Shown here: positions 11,806 to 24,805 of the stretch, piece by piece
Layout of the letters: the number at the start of each line of letters is the position of its first letter
Position numbering within the stretch: position 1 is the first letter of the stretch
Assembly (NCBI RefSeq): GCF_008831285.2
Contig: NC_045138.2
Location: forward strand, 25,544,001-25,608,000
DNA: 64,000 bases
Direction of reading: 5' to 3'
Source of the DNA: Nymphaea colorata
Taxonomy: Eukaryota
Program-made: the position numbers and the translations under genes
Notes under the pieces: model-generated
Database searches by the model: none
Seen by the model: only the letters and a program-made list of their open reading frames with translations
What the model was told of the DNA's origin: nothing

Positions 11806-14622
11806 GATAACTTGTAATCAATTCACCATGACTTCTGCTCAAAACTTACTGTGGGCACTTGATCTAGTAAATCTGAACTTACCCTCCTGCCTGTCACATT
11901 AGGAATCAAGTTAATATAGAATCCGATGGGACGAAAAGTGACAAAATTTGCTCATACCAAATTCAAACAATTTGCAATTCTATCTGCAACTGCCCGGTGC
12001 GGGGCTTGTTTGACTTTGAAGTCCTTCCAAACGACTCGTCACATTTCTTTCAAATTAAGGGCCAGCATCTTGTACTCCTTGGAACAAAGATAAGTGCATA
12101 TGACAAGAGCCAGACGACAACCAAGCCTTCATGAAGAAAGTCTCTCTCTCTCCCTCTCTCTCACATCAACCTCTTTTTACTTTTCTTCGTGGGTTGATAT
12201 GATGCAATGGCCTAACAGAAGAAATGATCATGTGAAGGACGTCAAGATCAACAACAAAAACATTCTTTATGATAGAAATAAAATCATCTTACAAGTTAAT
12301 CTCTTGAATGGCTGGCGTTAATTCATGCATTTGCTACATTAGCGTTTTCCATTAATGGTTAGACAGAGCTTCAACTTGGGTATCGTATTCTTGACCTTCT
12401 TGAGCTGTAAGGTGAACTGTTGGTTGTGAAAAGATGGAGTAGCTTGTAGATATAGTTTAAATAAAAAAGATGGATCATCTTCCAAAGGAGGCTATTGTTT
12501 GGTTTACAGATTGTGAGATCGAATTTTATGGCAGGCGCATCTTGTCAAGAATAGAAGGTTAGGACCATCAACCACGGTTAGAAACACTCCGATATACCAA
12601 CCTTGTTCTGCCTTTCTAAGTTCATGGAGATGAGCAGGCTTTGAGAATGGAGACTGTAAGGAAGTTATGGTAGATGTTTGCGATTAAATTAAGTCCAGCC
12701 TTCGACTAATAACAAACATGTTCAACTGGCCTTTTCAAGCATTTGCAATTCATTTTCCATATTTCCAATTCTAAGCATGGAACGCACTCAAATGCAACTG
12801 CCAAGAAGAAGGATGAAGCCTGTCAAGCAGAGGACCAGACTTAATGGGAGAGCCATCTATTTCATGCAAAATTTTAGGCCTATTTGGTGAAGGCTCTGAA
12901 CAGTGTGCAATCATATTCATGAAGACTGTGCATCTAGTGGTACATGTGGAGTTAGGATTTTGTAATCAATTCCGAGATAGAAAAAGGAAGATCATGAGTT
13001 ATTGCAGATGAAATAGCATGAGCTTGCCTATAAGAAAAGTACCACGGGCTTTCTTGATCTGGATATTTAAGGAAATTCTCACCATCAATTTGCGAATGAA
13101 CCATAATTAATTGACTTGGACTGTCTTCAATGATAATGTTACCAATGTACTCAGCTTTAACTTAATGACTCAAAATGACGAAAGGTATGGTCTAGACAGC
13201 TGGTGAATATAGCTAGGTCCAGGTGGTACAGATATTATTGAACAAGGTACATTCAAAAGCTGTGCTAAAGACCATTGCAGGTTCTTCCTTTTCCTTCTCA
13301 ATCTTTATTTTGGCAATGTAAGGTCAGGAAGGTCTGTGTTAAGAAGCACAGCTTGGACATCTAACTCGTAATCTCTTTCAACCGAAGGTCTGAAGTCCAG
13401 CCCAGTAGTCAAGTGAAGGAAGCTCTTGCTGATGCGCTTAGAGTCTTCTAAAAGCTGCTTCGGAGAGTGGCATGTCAGTTTAGGGTGCTAACATACAAAA
13501 GGTACTTCAATAGAAGTTGCACTTCTATGCACATGGCAACAAATACAACACCATGGTACCATCAAGAAGGAACGACGTCAAATTGGAATGCTCAGACAAA
13601 AATGCTTGCTAAATGTCAAACAGACCACATTGATACTGCTATGGGTTTGTAGAGTAAAAACCATCACCACCTCTCTAGGTTCTGCTCAATTATGAAAGAC
13701 TGGTACTAGCACGCAAGTCAGACTAGTAACAGTGGCAGTGTGAAGATATCAGCAATGGCATCACCATAGTAATGAATAAAGCTGAATAAAGCTGTTCGAA
13801 ATGGAAACTTGCATCCATTATATTGATTTCATCAACAAAAGTTGCTTTCAATGGAACTGTAACAGCCAATTACTGCTACGAGGCACAATCTTCCATGCAT
13901 GAAGATGGTCACAAAAAGGAAAAGGAAAAAGCAAGACATTCAAAATAAACGTTCATCTGTCACTGCTGATTAAAGATTAAAAAGAAAGCCAAGCTCATGC
14001 ATTCTCTTCATGGCATGAAAGAAAGATCTTATTCCAAATCTTCTCATGATACATCAGTAAGACTGACTGAGGTTGAGACTAAACATTAGCCTCACTCCAC
14101 CAACACCAAGAAAACCAACGACAACATTGTCCCGATACAAATTTAAAAAGGAATATGTCAGGCACAAGTTTATGTACAAAGAAACATAGTCGATGGAGAT
14201 CAAAGGAAAGAAAATGATCAAGAATTAGACAAACCAATCTTCCTCAATCTTCTTCCTCTAACTGAACGTTCCAAATCCACCAGCAGAAAAGGATCCGAGG
14301 TTCCTCTCAGTGCAAATCTCCAACAAATTGCAGCTGACATGAGCGCTCCGATCCAGGCTTCACCCGTCTTTTCTTCTTTAGCTTTCTTTTGACAGTAATA
14401 TTTGGACTCACTTTCACACAGAATCTAGAACAACACCATCCTTAAAACCTCTCTATACCTAAAGAAAGTTTTCATGAAAAAGAAAACACCAAAAAGATCG
14501 ACTAGAAAAAGGAGGGAGATGGACTGAAGAAAGCCACACCAAAAGGGTCCATAGTTTGTAAGTAACTCAACGTGGTTATGTTTATCTTTCTTCTTCTTCT
14601 CCTCTCGCCCCCAACTTCATTC

Positions 14623-15851
14623 CTACATCAAAGAAGCTATACTTGACCCATAATTTGTAACATCAGGCCATGACCCAACGCTTGGGTTCCAATAAAGAGA
14701 TGGTTCATTGTTATTGGTCCCAAACATGGCCTGATTCGATACATGCCACTCTAAGTGACCCATGCGCTTGCCGTCCTCCTCGATCTTCACGCTCAAATTT
14801 CTCAAATTTTCTTCACTCACCTTTGGTTGAGTGCCACTGTTGCTCAATTCCTCCAGCGGTAGAAAAAAATTCTGCTGTTGGACATGTCTCCATGGACCTT
14901 CTGACAGAATACTGCTTGAGAAATTACCGCTGAGGCCATCAAGAGGCTGACCCAGATGAGAAAACGTGGTTGGGAATAGAGAAGATGCCCCAGAAATTTG
15001 ACTTATGCCGCTAAACCCATTGTGATCCTGCAGGAAATTGCACTCAAGGGCGTTCTCCTTTGCAGGAAAGCCTGCCCCAGAAGAGAGAACAGACTTTAGC
15101 GATGACACAAGAGAGCTGTTGATATGAAATTCATGGTTAAGAAAAGTTGGGTTTTGGAGAGGACTGCTGGTTGTGGTGGCTGTTGCAGAAGTGCTAGTGG
15201 GCAAGGATGAGAGTGGTGGTGTTGGTGGTAGGGTTGGTTGGGAAGAAGATGTTGCATTTGATGGCACCAGTGCTGTGGTCTTGAGATGAGAAGAAGGGCC
15301 GCCATGGTCAAAGGTCGTGGTTCTCTTCACCCGTTTGTTCTTCCTGCAGCCACCACCCACAGGAACATTCCTCAGCGTTCCCCCTCTGGTCCAATAACGC
15401 TTGCATGTCTTGCAGAAGTGTCTGGGCTGGGAGAGGCTGTAGTTGTTGTAGTAGCAGAACTTGGTGTTTGAGGAATCACATCTGGGGCACTTGAGGGCAG
15501 AATCAGCTGGGTTTTTAATACCTGCTGCCTGTTCCATGACCCTGGAGGACGAGGAAGAAGATGGCGATGGCATCAAGCCCCTCTCCTGAATCTGAAACGT
15601 AAGGAGAAAAGAAAGGAGATGTTTTAGTAGTAAATTTCAGCAGACAAGCAACATAGAGAGAAAAAAAGAGGAAGAAAAATCACGAAAGAAACATGAAAGC
15701 ACATATTCGATTCCAAGGACTAGAAAACAAAGGGATTGATGTCGAGAGTTGATGAAAGAGAGAGAATAGAATTAGAGAAAGCAATTAAATGAGGACGTAC
15801 CTGTGGCCACTGAGAGGAGTCCACGCAAAGCTGTGAGGATGTTATCACCAT
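14623..15851 (-). CDS. Dof (C2-C2) zinc-finger transcription factor, DOF1.4-like, about 339 aa, 2 exons
   Basis: Exon 1 is 15851-15801 ([17 protein letters not shown], a typical short Dof first exon; donor CAG|GT). Exon 2 is 15591 (or 15585)-14623. Dof domain [54 protein letters not shown]-terminal YWN..WPD motif. Confidence 0.95.
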
Positions 15852-15948
15852 TATTTTCGTTTCTTTTTTCTGATCTTGCTCGTTGTAATCCTTGCCTACT
15901 TGTGTGTGTAGAGGGAGGAAGAGAAAGAACCGTGAGAAGGATATGCAG

Positions 15949-15952
<4 letters not shown>

Positions 15953-15983
<31 letters not shown>

Positions 15984-16810
15984 CTTAGTGGAATAAGGTG
16001 AAGAAGAAGACGTGTTCTAAAAGGAATCGTTGAACGTCGTGTAAGCCGACAAGAGGTGGGGGGAGGGGTGGCGGGTGGGAGTGAGACGCCCAATCCTTCC
16101 AAACTGCAATCAGGGGTCGGGACGGGCGAAGCGTTTGTTTTCAATGTGGGGACGATGACTGCTATGGCTTATTCCTTGAAATGACGTTTGTCTATGATGG
16201 GTCCCCTCCTTTCCTCTCCTCTACGCTGCTTCTGCCGCTTTCTCCCCTTCTCTTTCTCTACTTCATCCAGGACAAAACTACCGACCTCTTACATACACGT
16301 ACGCAGAAGCGGGAGACGGGAGAGAGAGAGAGAGAGTTCTGCTTCTTTTGATCCAATGATGGTGGGTTTTTAATAGTTACTGGCTGAGTTAAGAGAGAGG
16401 GAGAGACAGTGGGTGTGCTTTGTTCATGTGATCCAAGATAGTGCATTTCTAAAATAGTTACCTCTCGCCTAGAGAGAGAGAGAGAGAGAGAGAAGGTGAG
16501 AGTGTTTTATTCTGGTCCAAACTCCAAAGATGAGTGGGTTTTTGAAAGCTGCTGGCGGGAGAGAGAGAGAGAGAGTTCTATTCTTTTTGTTTTTATAGGT
16601 CGAGGAGGGGGCGAAAGAAGGAATCCCCAAGAAAACAAAGCCCGAGGGCAAGAGAACAAATCCTGCGTCGCTTCTGCTCAGTTTAAACAAACACAGAATT
16701 TGGCAGCCATGTAACAGTCTCCCATCTTGCTCAGAGAACAACCAGATTTAAAACAACCAAAGAAGGTGGTAGCGGAGAAATAACAATTTGCAGAGAGAGA
16801 GAGAGAGAGG
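15953..16810. promoter_or_regulatory. Cluster of (GA)n tracts in the Dof gene leader/promoter (candidate BBR/BPC GAGA elements)
   Basis: (GA)n runs at about 15953-15979, 16319-16335, 16470-16493, 16558-16575 and 16792-16809, upstream of the start codon at 15851. Confidence 0.4.
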
Positions 16811-19800
16811 CCACCCTTTTCATCTCCCGCCCCACCCCCATGTGGGCAGCTAAGCACTTAGCTCAAAAGCATGATGCTCTTGGGGAACAAATGGATTTTG
16901 TAGTCTCCCGAGGGATCTACCCCCCTAGAAACCCTTCCCTTCAATTATTCTCTCCCCCCCACTGGGGACGAAGTCAGGAAATCCTTTGTTTAATCACGTA
17001 TAATTTACTTTATGTAAACAAAGAAACTATTACGCAAATGTGGTGGCCGTATAGTTTACTGTGTACGCAGTAGAAGTACTGCCGTATGAAGATATAGACA
17101 TAGGAGTTTCTGAATTCAGAGGATTCTGTTGAAAAACGAGAGAGAGGTGCATGTAGTTTGAGAAGGAAAGAATGTCGGTCCATCGAGCGGTGGGCAGTGG
17201 ATCATCCACGGGGTCCCACATTCCACCACCTAGCTAGGTCTTCCATAGCAGAGATTCCCCACCCCCGTTTCACATTAAGCCACAGTGGCTAGCAACCTAC
17301 TTAGTTAGGGCACTACATACCGAATCAAATGGGACAAATGGGTAAGTTGTGTGCGACAACGCAGTCATTCCAAAGAATAGCCTGCATCAAATCTGCACCG
17401 AAAATCTAAGAAATCTGCTTCCTCCATGATCCATCCACTAATGGCCATTTATAATTTTGCTTTGCTGCTAATACGATCACATCAGTTTTGACATAAGGCC
17501 CATATTCTTAGAACTAATTAGAAGCTCGCTTGGAAACTGCCACTCAATCAATCTTTTCTTCTTCTTTTTTTTTCTCCCTAACACGAGGCAGAAACAGATT
17601 TAACGAAAAACACATTTTCCTTAAAGCACCTAAACATGGTTCATGTGGAAAGTTGGCAACAACAACAACGGCCAACTTCCGACAGGTGGACCGGACGGCA
17701 CGTGGAAGCTTCAGGCGGTGCCGTCTGCTCTAATTATTAGGTTTAGATCATGTTAAAACACAGTTAAGATGCTGATTAGAGGAGCACAAGAATGCAGCGC
17801 AGGGTAAGGCTTTAGTGGAAGGTGAATAAGATGTGTGTGTGTGTGTGTGTGTGTGGGCAGAGAGGGATGAAGAGGACGAGGGAAGGCACATGATAAGGGG
17901 CCAGGGGCAGCCGACTCCGTCAGCAGGCCACGAGGTGCTCCCCAATTTGGGAAGCTGCCCCCCCAGGTAGCACGTGATCCACCAGCCAGTTTATTCCAAA
18001 GAGGCGTTGTCCTACTGAGCCCTCCCTTGCTGCGCTGCATATGCCCCGCCAAGCATGTCTTTGACATCCAACGGCCAACATGTCATCTTTTATTAAATTA
18101 TCATTATGAATGTTAAAGATATCATTCCTTTTAGGTTTATATATACCCATCCAGTAGTTCTAGGTTTTTCTTTTTCTTTGTAAGTCTGACAGAACAAATG
18201 AATTTGAAATATTTGAAACCTAGAAACAAAGAAGAACATTTTCTTGATATCTACAAACTGCACCTTATGGGCTCAACAAGTTTAAGGCCATTGATTTTTT
18301 CTCTTATCAATATGCACATCAAAGTTCTATTTTGACGTGGTTATGTAAATTCATCTATACAGTTAGATTTGGCAAGAATACTGCACAGTGGTAGCACGCT
18401 GATAGCGCATTAGACAGCAAATGAATAAGATATGTGTACACATAGAGAGAGAGAGAGAGTTTTCGGTCCTGGTATCATTATCTTATTTCACTATCACTAG
18501 CTCATCCCCAAAAGAACTCATTTGAAGGCTTTCTTTCTTTAACTCACAAATGTGCATTCCGATTATTAAAAGCTACAGTGGAACACTAGAAGTTTTCAGT
18601 GCGCAAAACAGATTTTACAAAGATACGACAATTGATGACATACAAATTTTTTAAATTGTGTAGAATAACACCTTCCCATGATTACCGAATTTGCTCAAGA
18701 GAAATAATCATAGATATATTTTGGAGAAAGAACGACAAGGATGACCTAAGATTTGTGAGGCACAACGAATTTCTTTCCACGGACAAATATTTCAAAGGTG
18801 GGGAGGAGGGGGACCATGAATCAAAACCTAACACCCATCATTCAATCCCAATGCAGACGACAAAGATCTCACTGGATTTCTTTTTCTTTTTAATACGTCC
18901 AATAGTTTATCAAGATCATCCCTACTCACATTCTTAACCCCTTGCTTTTTATTATTTTTCTATTGATTGCCAGTGTGTGTAAAGAAATTGCAGGAGTCGT
19001 CACGGTTGCATTCTTGGGAGATGGGCCCCAAATTGCCTGGTCTTCTGCCAATTGGTATCATTATATAGATATATATATAATGAAAGAAGTAAAAAAAAAA
19101 TTCCTTTGTGAATTCTGGATGGGGATGATATGGTCCATCGAATTCAACGTTGGGGTGCGTCTTCTAGTGCCTTCTTAAGGGGATTTTGTGATGAGGGGTA
19201 GTGGAGTTGCGTCAGAGACATACCACGTAATAAGATTATGAAATTGGGAAGTTGGAAGCCACCTGCAGCGATGCAAAACCATTGTTTTTTTTTTTTTTTC
19301 TTGAAGAATAAGAAAATCTGATAAAAGAATATGCGTTACCTGCCAAAAAGACGAATAGAAAATTGTTTTTTCAGTTTGGGGAGATGGGGAGGAAATTCGG
19401 GGCCTCTCTCTCTCTCTCTCTCTGTGCCTGTCTCTGTCCACTAGACACGCCGGTTCTCTCCTGAAAATAAATGATAGCGAGTGGATGTCTCCGACTAGTG
19501 TGATTTCTCATCACTCCAGGATAATGGATTACTTGCACTTGGAAGCTACGCACCTGTATAGCAATCATGCCCCCAAAGACTAATGTCTCTCTCTCTCTCT
19601 AAGTTTGAGAAAACAATAACTGCCGTATAGATCTTTCTCTGGGGTTCATAGGCGACTCATAGGGACTAACCGTATAATCTTGCTTTCTTCTGATGTAGGT
19701 TTCAACAGATATTGAGAAACTAAAAACGCGATGTTTTAAAGCAGCAGTTATAAACGCGATGTTTTTAAGCAGCAGTTATTATTTGATTTGATTTGATCCA

Positions 19801-21156
19801 GCGTTGTCTAAATATCTATAAAGATGCTGAAACCTCTGTCTTCGTGTGCTCTTACTTTCCAAGCACGTTATGTTCCAAAAAATCTTGGATAACTTGAACA
19901 CTTCCTTTCGAGGTGCTTCAAAATTATACTTACAGAGGCCTTAGCTTCATCTTGAAATAATAGATGTATTTACCACACCTTGCTTGGTAGAAAGCACGTA
20001 CTGGATTAGGATGGTATTAATGAAGATGGGTACAATAGGATCAAGGTTGACATAGCACGAGAACAAAGGGAAGGATGTTTCTGGGAGTTGGAGACCTTCA
20101 AGCTGAGAAAGGTCAAAAGGATAATACCTGGAGTGTCTCTTGGCATGGACTGGTGCAGATGTGCCTAACCAACCCCAGCTTGTCAACAAAATGAAAACAA
20201 AACAAGAGATCTTCAATATAGAATGAAGATGAGAAAAGTAAGATGATAAAGCAATTGTCAACGACATTCGCAAGAAAATATAGTTGATAATGACCCATCT
20301 CTACCCGTCTCCACCCTCATCAACCTTCTCGCCTTTCAACTCCATGCCCATACAGCCAAAGGAGCAAGTAGGGTAGGTTGAAGTCCTTAACACATAACTC
20401 CACTACCAACATCAATGTAAGCATGTTTCTTAGTAAATAAGCAATGACAAATACATATTATACCTGTTGGTTTGCATCATCCTTTAAAACACGTTCTCCA
20501 GACACATTCCTAACGTGTACATAAATTAGAAACACCTTTTTGGACTCTGCATGTGGTCTGTGGGCTTATGCATGTGCGTATGTCCATGTATGTCCTATTT
20601 TACAAGTTCACGTAACATGTCTGGTAAATTTATTCTTAGCCAATTATTTGCAAAAGAAAATGACTAGGAGTTTTCTTACACACGGATCATTGCATGTGGC
20701 TGCTGCTGCTTTAAAGCCTGCCATTCAGGCACTCGTGGTGGCTTCTCCATTATCTGTTACTAACTGCCACACCTTTGCAAAAGAAAAATCGATGAACTTA
20801 ATGAGAGTTGCTAGTAAATGAGAAGGATCAGAAACCGATACATGAGGGGGAATCGAGGAAGAAAATGCCTTGAAAAGTATTACAAGAGCATAAGCGGTTG
20901 ATTGAATGAAGTGGGTTTAACTTTTAAGCAGGAAATGAATGGAAGGCAGAGAAGCAAATTGGGGAGGAAGCTTGCCTCCTAATAACTCCAGAATTTAGCA
21001 AGAGATTGCTAAGCAGGGAATTAGTATCTATGGTTTTAATGTTACAAAAGGGAAGCCATCCTCCGGAAAAGTAATTTTGTTGCCTATGCTGGATGGGAAA
21101 GTTGAGAGTGGGAAACAATATCTTTTCTCCCAAACATTACTAACAAAAGAGAATTT

Positions 21157-21219
21157 TTATAATAAATATCTCCTAGGAACTTAAACTCTCTCTCTATAAT
21201 AAATATCTCCTAGAAACTT

Positions 21220-21265
<46 letters not shown>
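21157..21265. repeat. About 38-bp direct duplication followed by a (CT)n microsatellite
   Basis: TATAATAAATATCTCCTAG(G/A)AACTTAAACTCTCTCTC occurs twice, then a long CT run. Confidence 0.8.
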
Positions 21266-21268
<3 letters not shown>

Positions 21269-24200
21269 AGCCCCTCCTTTTTTAATGGACACAAAAACTT
21301 TTCTCCTTCATCCAGCAGAGAAATAGGAAATTCAAGAATACAACAAGCTCCTTATTTTTCTTTTTTCTCTCCCTTCAACCTATAGATTAGCTTCTCAGTT
21401 CTCGCCGAAAACCACAAGCCACATATTTGTTGACACGCCTCAACTGATAACTCCACTTTAGCAAGTTCATGTGCGTAACACCTCCATTTATTTTTCAACG
21501 TATTTCTGCCATGTCATTAGCATGTCAAAGTATCATCAAACAGAAAGCCATCATGTAGCTTTTTTATGCTTGTGGTCTTTTCTTCACTCTTCTTTACATT
21601 GCCATAGTTTTGAAAAGGTGTTTCACATAAGGAAAGAAAATGAGAATACTTGTCAAAACTCAAAACGCATTTTGAGACCATATAGGCTGTGGTCCAAACA
21701 TCATAGGCTCTTGTTCTTGTTGACGAATTTTCTTTGCTTCATAAAATTCCTGCTGTTCTACATTATCTTGGAGAGAGTAGATCACAGTGCAAATCCAAAT
21801 ATTTCACTTGTCACAATCATGCCATAAAAATATATTAATTGAACTAAACAAATTAAAGCAGGAAACATGCTTATAATAACTATCTACATCATTCTGTCAT
21901 TAGTGTCCGATTCCATGCTCAAAAGACAACTCTGCATGTGCCTTATTATTTCAAGAAGTCTAACAGCCTCGTCAAGATAGATCCTACCATACAAAACAAG
22001 GGTGATATCCCTTGCGCACCAGAAGTCCCGTCACTTTGGTATGCCAGCAATGGATGCATGCTCCAGGCATTCAAACCTACAACTCTTAATTTGGAGGCTT
22101 CAGGCAAACCCATATAGCCAGGTGTAAGCAATTCTTACAAGAAGAAGAGTAGAAGACCTTGTTCATTAATAACTAAGCAAGCTTGGTTGGGCTACCTAGT
22201 AGCTCTTTTAACATGGTAAACTTGAAACCAAAACCAATTTATGTAGGCCCAAGCGCAATGCTAGGCTAATCAATTTTAATACATATATACAAGCCAAAAC
22301 CAAGTGAAACAAAGTGCAAATCATTTGTCATGGAAAAAGGGCTAGCTGAGTGTTTGGATTCTCATCCCAAAAGGGTTCAGCAACACGGAAACAAGATATA
22401 CACAACCTCTTATGACTTCATAGCAATGTTGGTGCAGAATAGCATAAAAATTGTTGAGACTGTCACCTTAAGAAGTACAAGCTCATCATCCCTAGTATTG
22501 ACATCACTTGCCACAAAAGTATGTGTTTGCAAAGAAAACACATTTTCTTGAGCTCCAAGAGTTTGACAGAAAGGCACATCGAATTGTAATATCTCCCGAG
22601 TAGGAACCAGAGTAAAAGTCAACTCAGAAGAATGAATTTTGCTCCCTTTGACAAGTTTCAATAAAAGGCATCCAACATATTCACATAAAAGAGCTCAACA
22701 GGACATATAGTACGGCACATTTGAAATATATGCAGTTACGGCACAGTAATTTAATAGCCTCTAGCTTCTGTTTGAGTAAAACAAAGACGACCATGAGAAA
22801 TATTTTCAACTATGCAACAAGCAACGAAAATCTGCCTCGCCTAAAGTCAATTAGAAGTCAGCAATATAAACTAGAAGAACCGCTTCCACCAAGACCAGTT
22901 AGGAAGACAATCAAAAGTATCTTGACATCAAGTTGTTAATTATTGGATCCTGCACCTTATTAATTCAGCCAGAAAATACATAAAATTCTCTTCAAATGAC
23001 ATCGTAGACCCAACTGGAGGAGAAAAAAGTAGATGGGGAAGCATTTGTCAAAGGGCCTTTGCATGAGATGTCAAAAGAGTGGCTGTCTGAGATGTCTTTC
23101 AAAAGAGATAATGAAGAAAAGGGCGCACACTGTAATAATTTACATAACTAGAAGCAAAACAGCATATATGAGAATAGAAAGAAAATCAAGAAATGAGCCA
23201 AAATTTTTTCAACACGCCAACAGCCTTACATCACAAACCTCAAAATCAAGAGTGCTCCTCTGATTTACATTATGCATCTCTTTCTCCACAACTCTCTCGA
23301 TTGCCTCCAAATATCTAAAAGCTAGCCAATCATGCAGGTCAAGTAGATCAAGCCAATTATTGGCAGCAAACCAGACACAGGAAAAGGCATGGCGACTCAT
23401 TCCTTTTAGACAGTACATACCCCCGGATTCAACCATCTATGCTCTGCTGCTTCATAGGTCCAATACATCTTTCGTTACCAGGTGATCAAGGAAAGAAAGA
23501 ATTCAATACCTACCAATAAGCACCTTGTATGTGTTCAAGAAAGTGATATAGTGGAAGGGCAGGGAATACAGTTTGCAAATATGATCAAAATAAAAAGTAT
23601 CCAGCACCATAACTCACAAGATTGTAGACCAAAAAAAAAATCCTTGGAAATATTAGAAAAGTTGAACATACGCATATCTAACTAATTTGGACAGTTAGAA
23701 GTTCTTCTAATCTAAACCTAGGTCAATAGTTGATAAAATTATTAGGTAATGTAAATGCAATCAGAAAATACAACCACAAAGATACGAATAGCATGCTGGA
23801 TCAGGCAAGGGGGTTCAATGTGGATGGTGATCATGGATTTTCGATCAAAATAATCTATGTTTTATTTAAGAACTTGACTTAAGAGGCTCCAGTGAATGAA
23901 ACAACTATAATACCACCAGAGTTTCAAGAGAAGGACCTTCCACGCACAAACGGTAAATGAGTCGCATGGTTAGCACCTGGCTTATTGCCATAGAATCTTG
24001 AAAGTGGCAGTATACAAGATTTGCAAAGATACAAATAACATGGCAGCAAAAGATGAGAAGTTTCCAATAAGGTAAAAATGAGTTCAAAATCACGAAAGTT
24101 CGTTCTTAAATTTCAAATCTTCATGATGTTCTTCAAAGACTCGAGCCAGAACTGCGGCAATAAACGACAGGGAGAAAAGGAAATGACATCTCAGTGGCGC

Positions 24201-24676
24201 CACCAAATAAAACTAAAAAAAAAAAAACCCAAAACAGGGAAGAATGCGAAAGAACGAGCAGAGAAGGAAGAGGGAGATATCAAGAGAGATAAACCACAGG
24301 CGAAACTTCCATTAAACGAAATGGAAAACCAGCAAGCAACTAGCAGGACACCAAAAGCTAGACCGAAAAAGAAGATCAAGAAGAAGACAACGAGCTCGAA
24401 GCAATCGAAACCTCGATCGCGTATTTGGAAGGACTCCCTTCCCTTCTCCCGCGCTCTCCATCTGGCTTTCCCTCTCCCTCCATCAGTTTGGGAATTGGGA
24501 GAGGGCGCGAAACCTGCGATACTAAATGCTCCGCTCAGTTACGGGTCGAGTATCTGGTTAACCCGAAATCCAACATGCGTTGATAAACGGGAAGCCATGG
24601 ATAACCCGGCCCCTCTCAATTTTTTTGATTGAAATATCAGCTTTAACGTGTCGTCCAAAATCTGCGTCAGACAATC

Positions 24677-24805
24677 ACGTAGCGGAGCTGCTTGTTGGGC
24701 AGGGTGGGCCACTGTCCACACCAGCCCATGAAAAATGGCATTATAATGTGTCAATATTACATTATTATGACTCCACAATTATATAGAAGTCTTGGCTCTG
24801 CCATT
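24677..24805. mobile_element. Degenerate MITE of the GGCGGAGC-terminal family
   Basis: Left end ...AGCGGAGCTG, right end TTGGCTCTGCCATTG, AT-rich interior; same style as 43088-43287 and 47893-48058. Confidence 0.4.

Noticed and set aside
14520..14536. TGGACTGAAG resembling miR319/159, plus other short miRNA-like words (TCCAAAGG at 12481, AGGCTTCATTC at about 3751)
   Set aside because: Matches are only 8-11 nt and there is no complementary hairpin arm.
24078..24632. 184-aa Lys-rich ORF
   Set aside because: Low complexity; it is the A-rich complement of a T-rich intron-like tract with no domain features.
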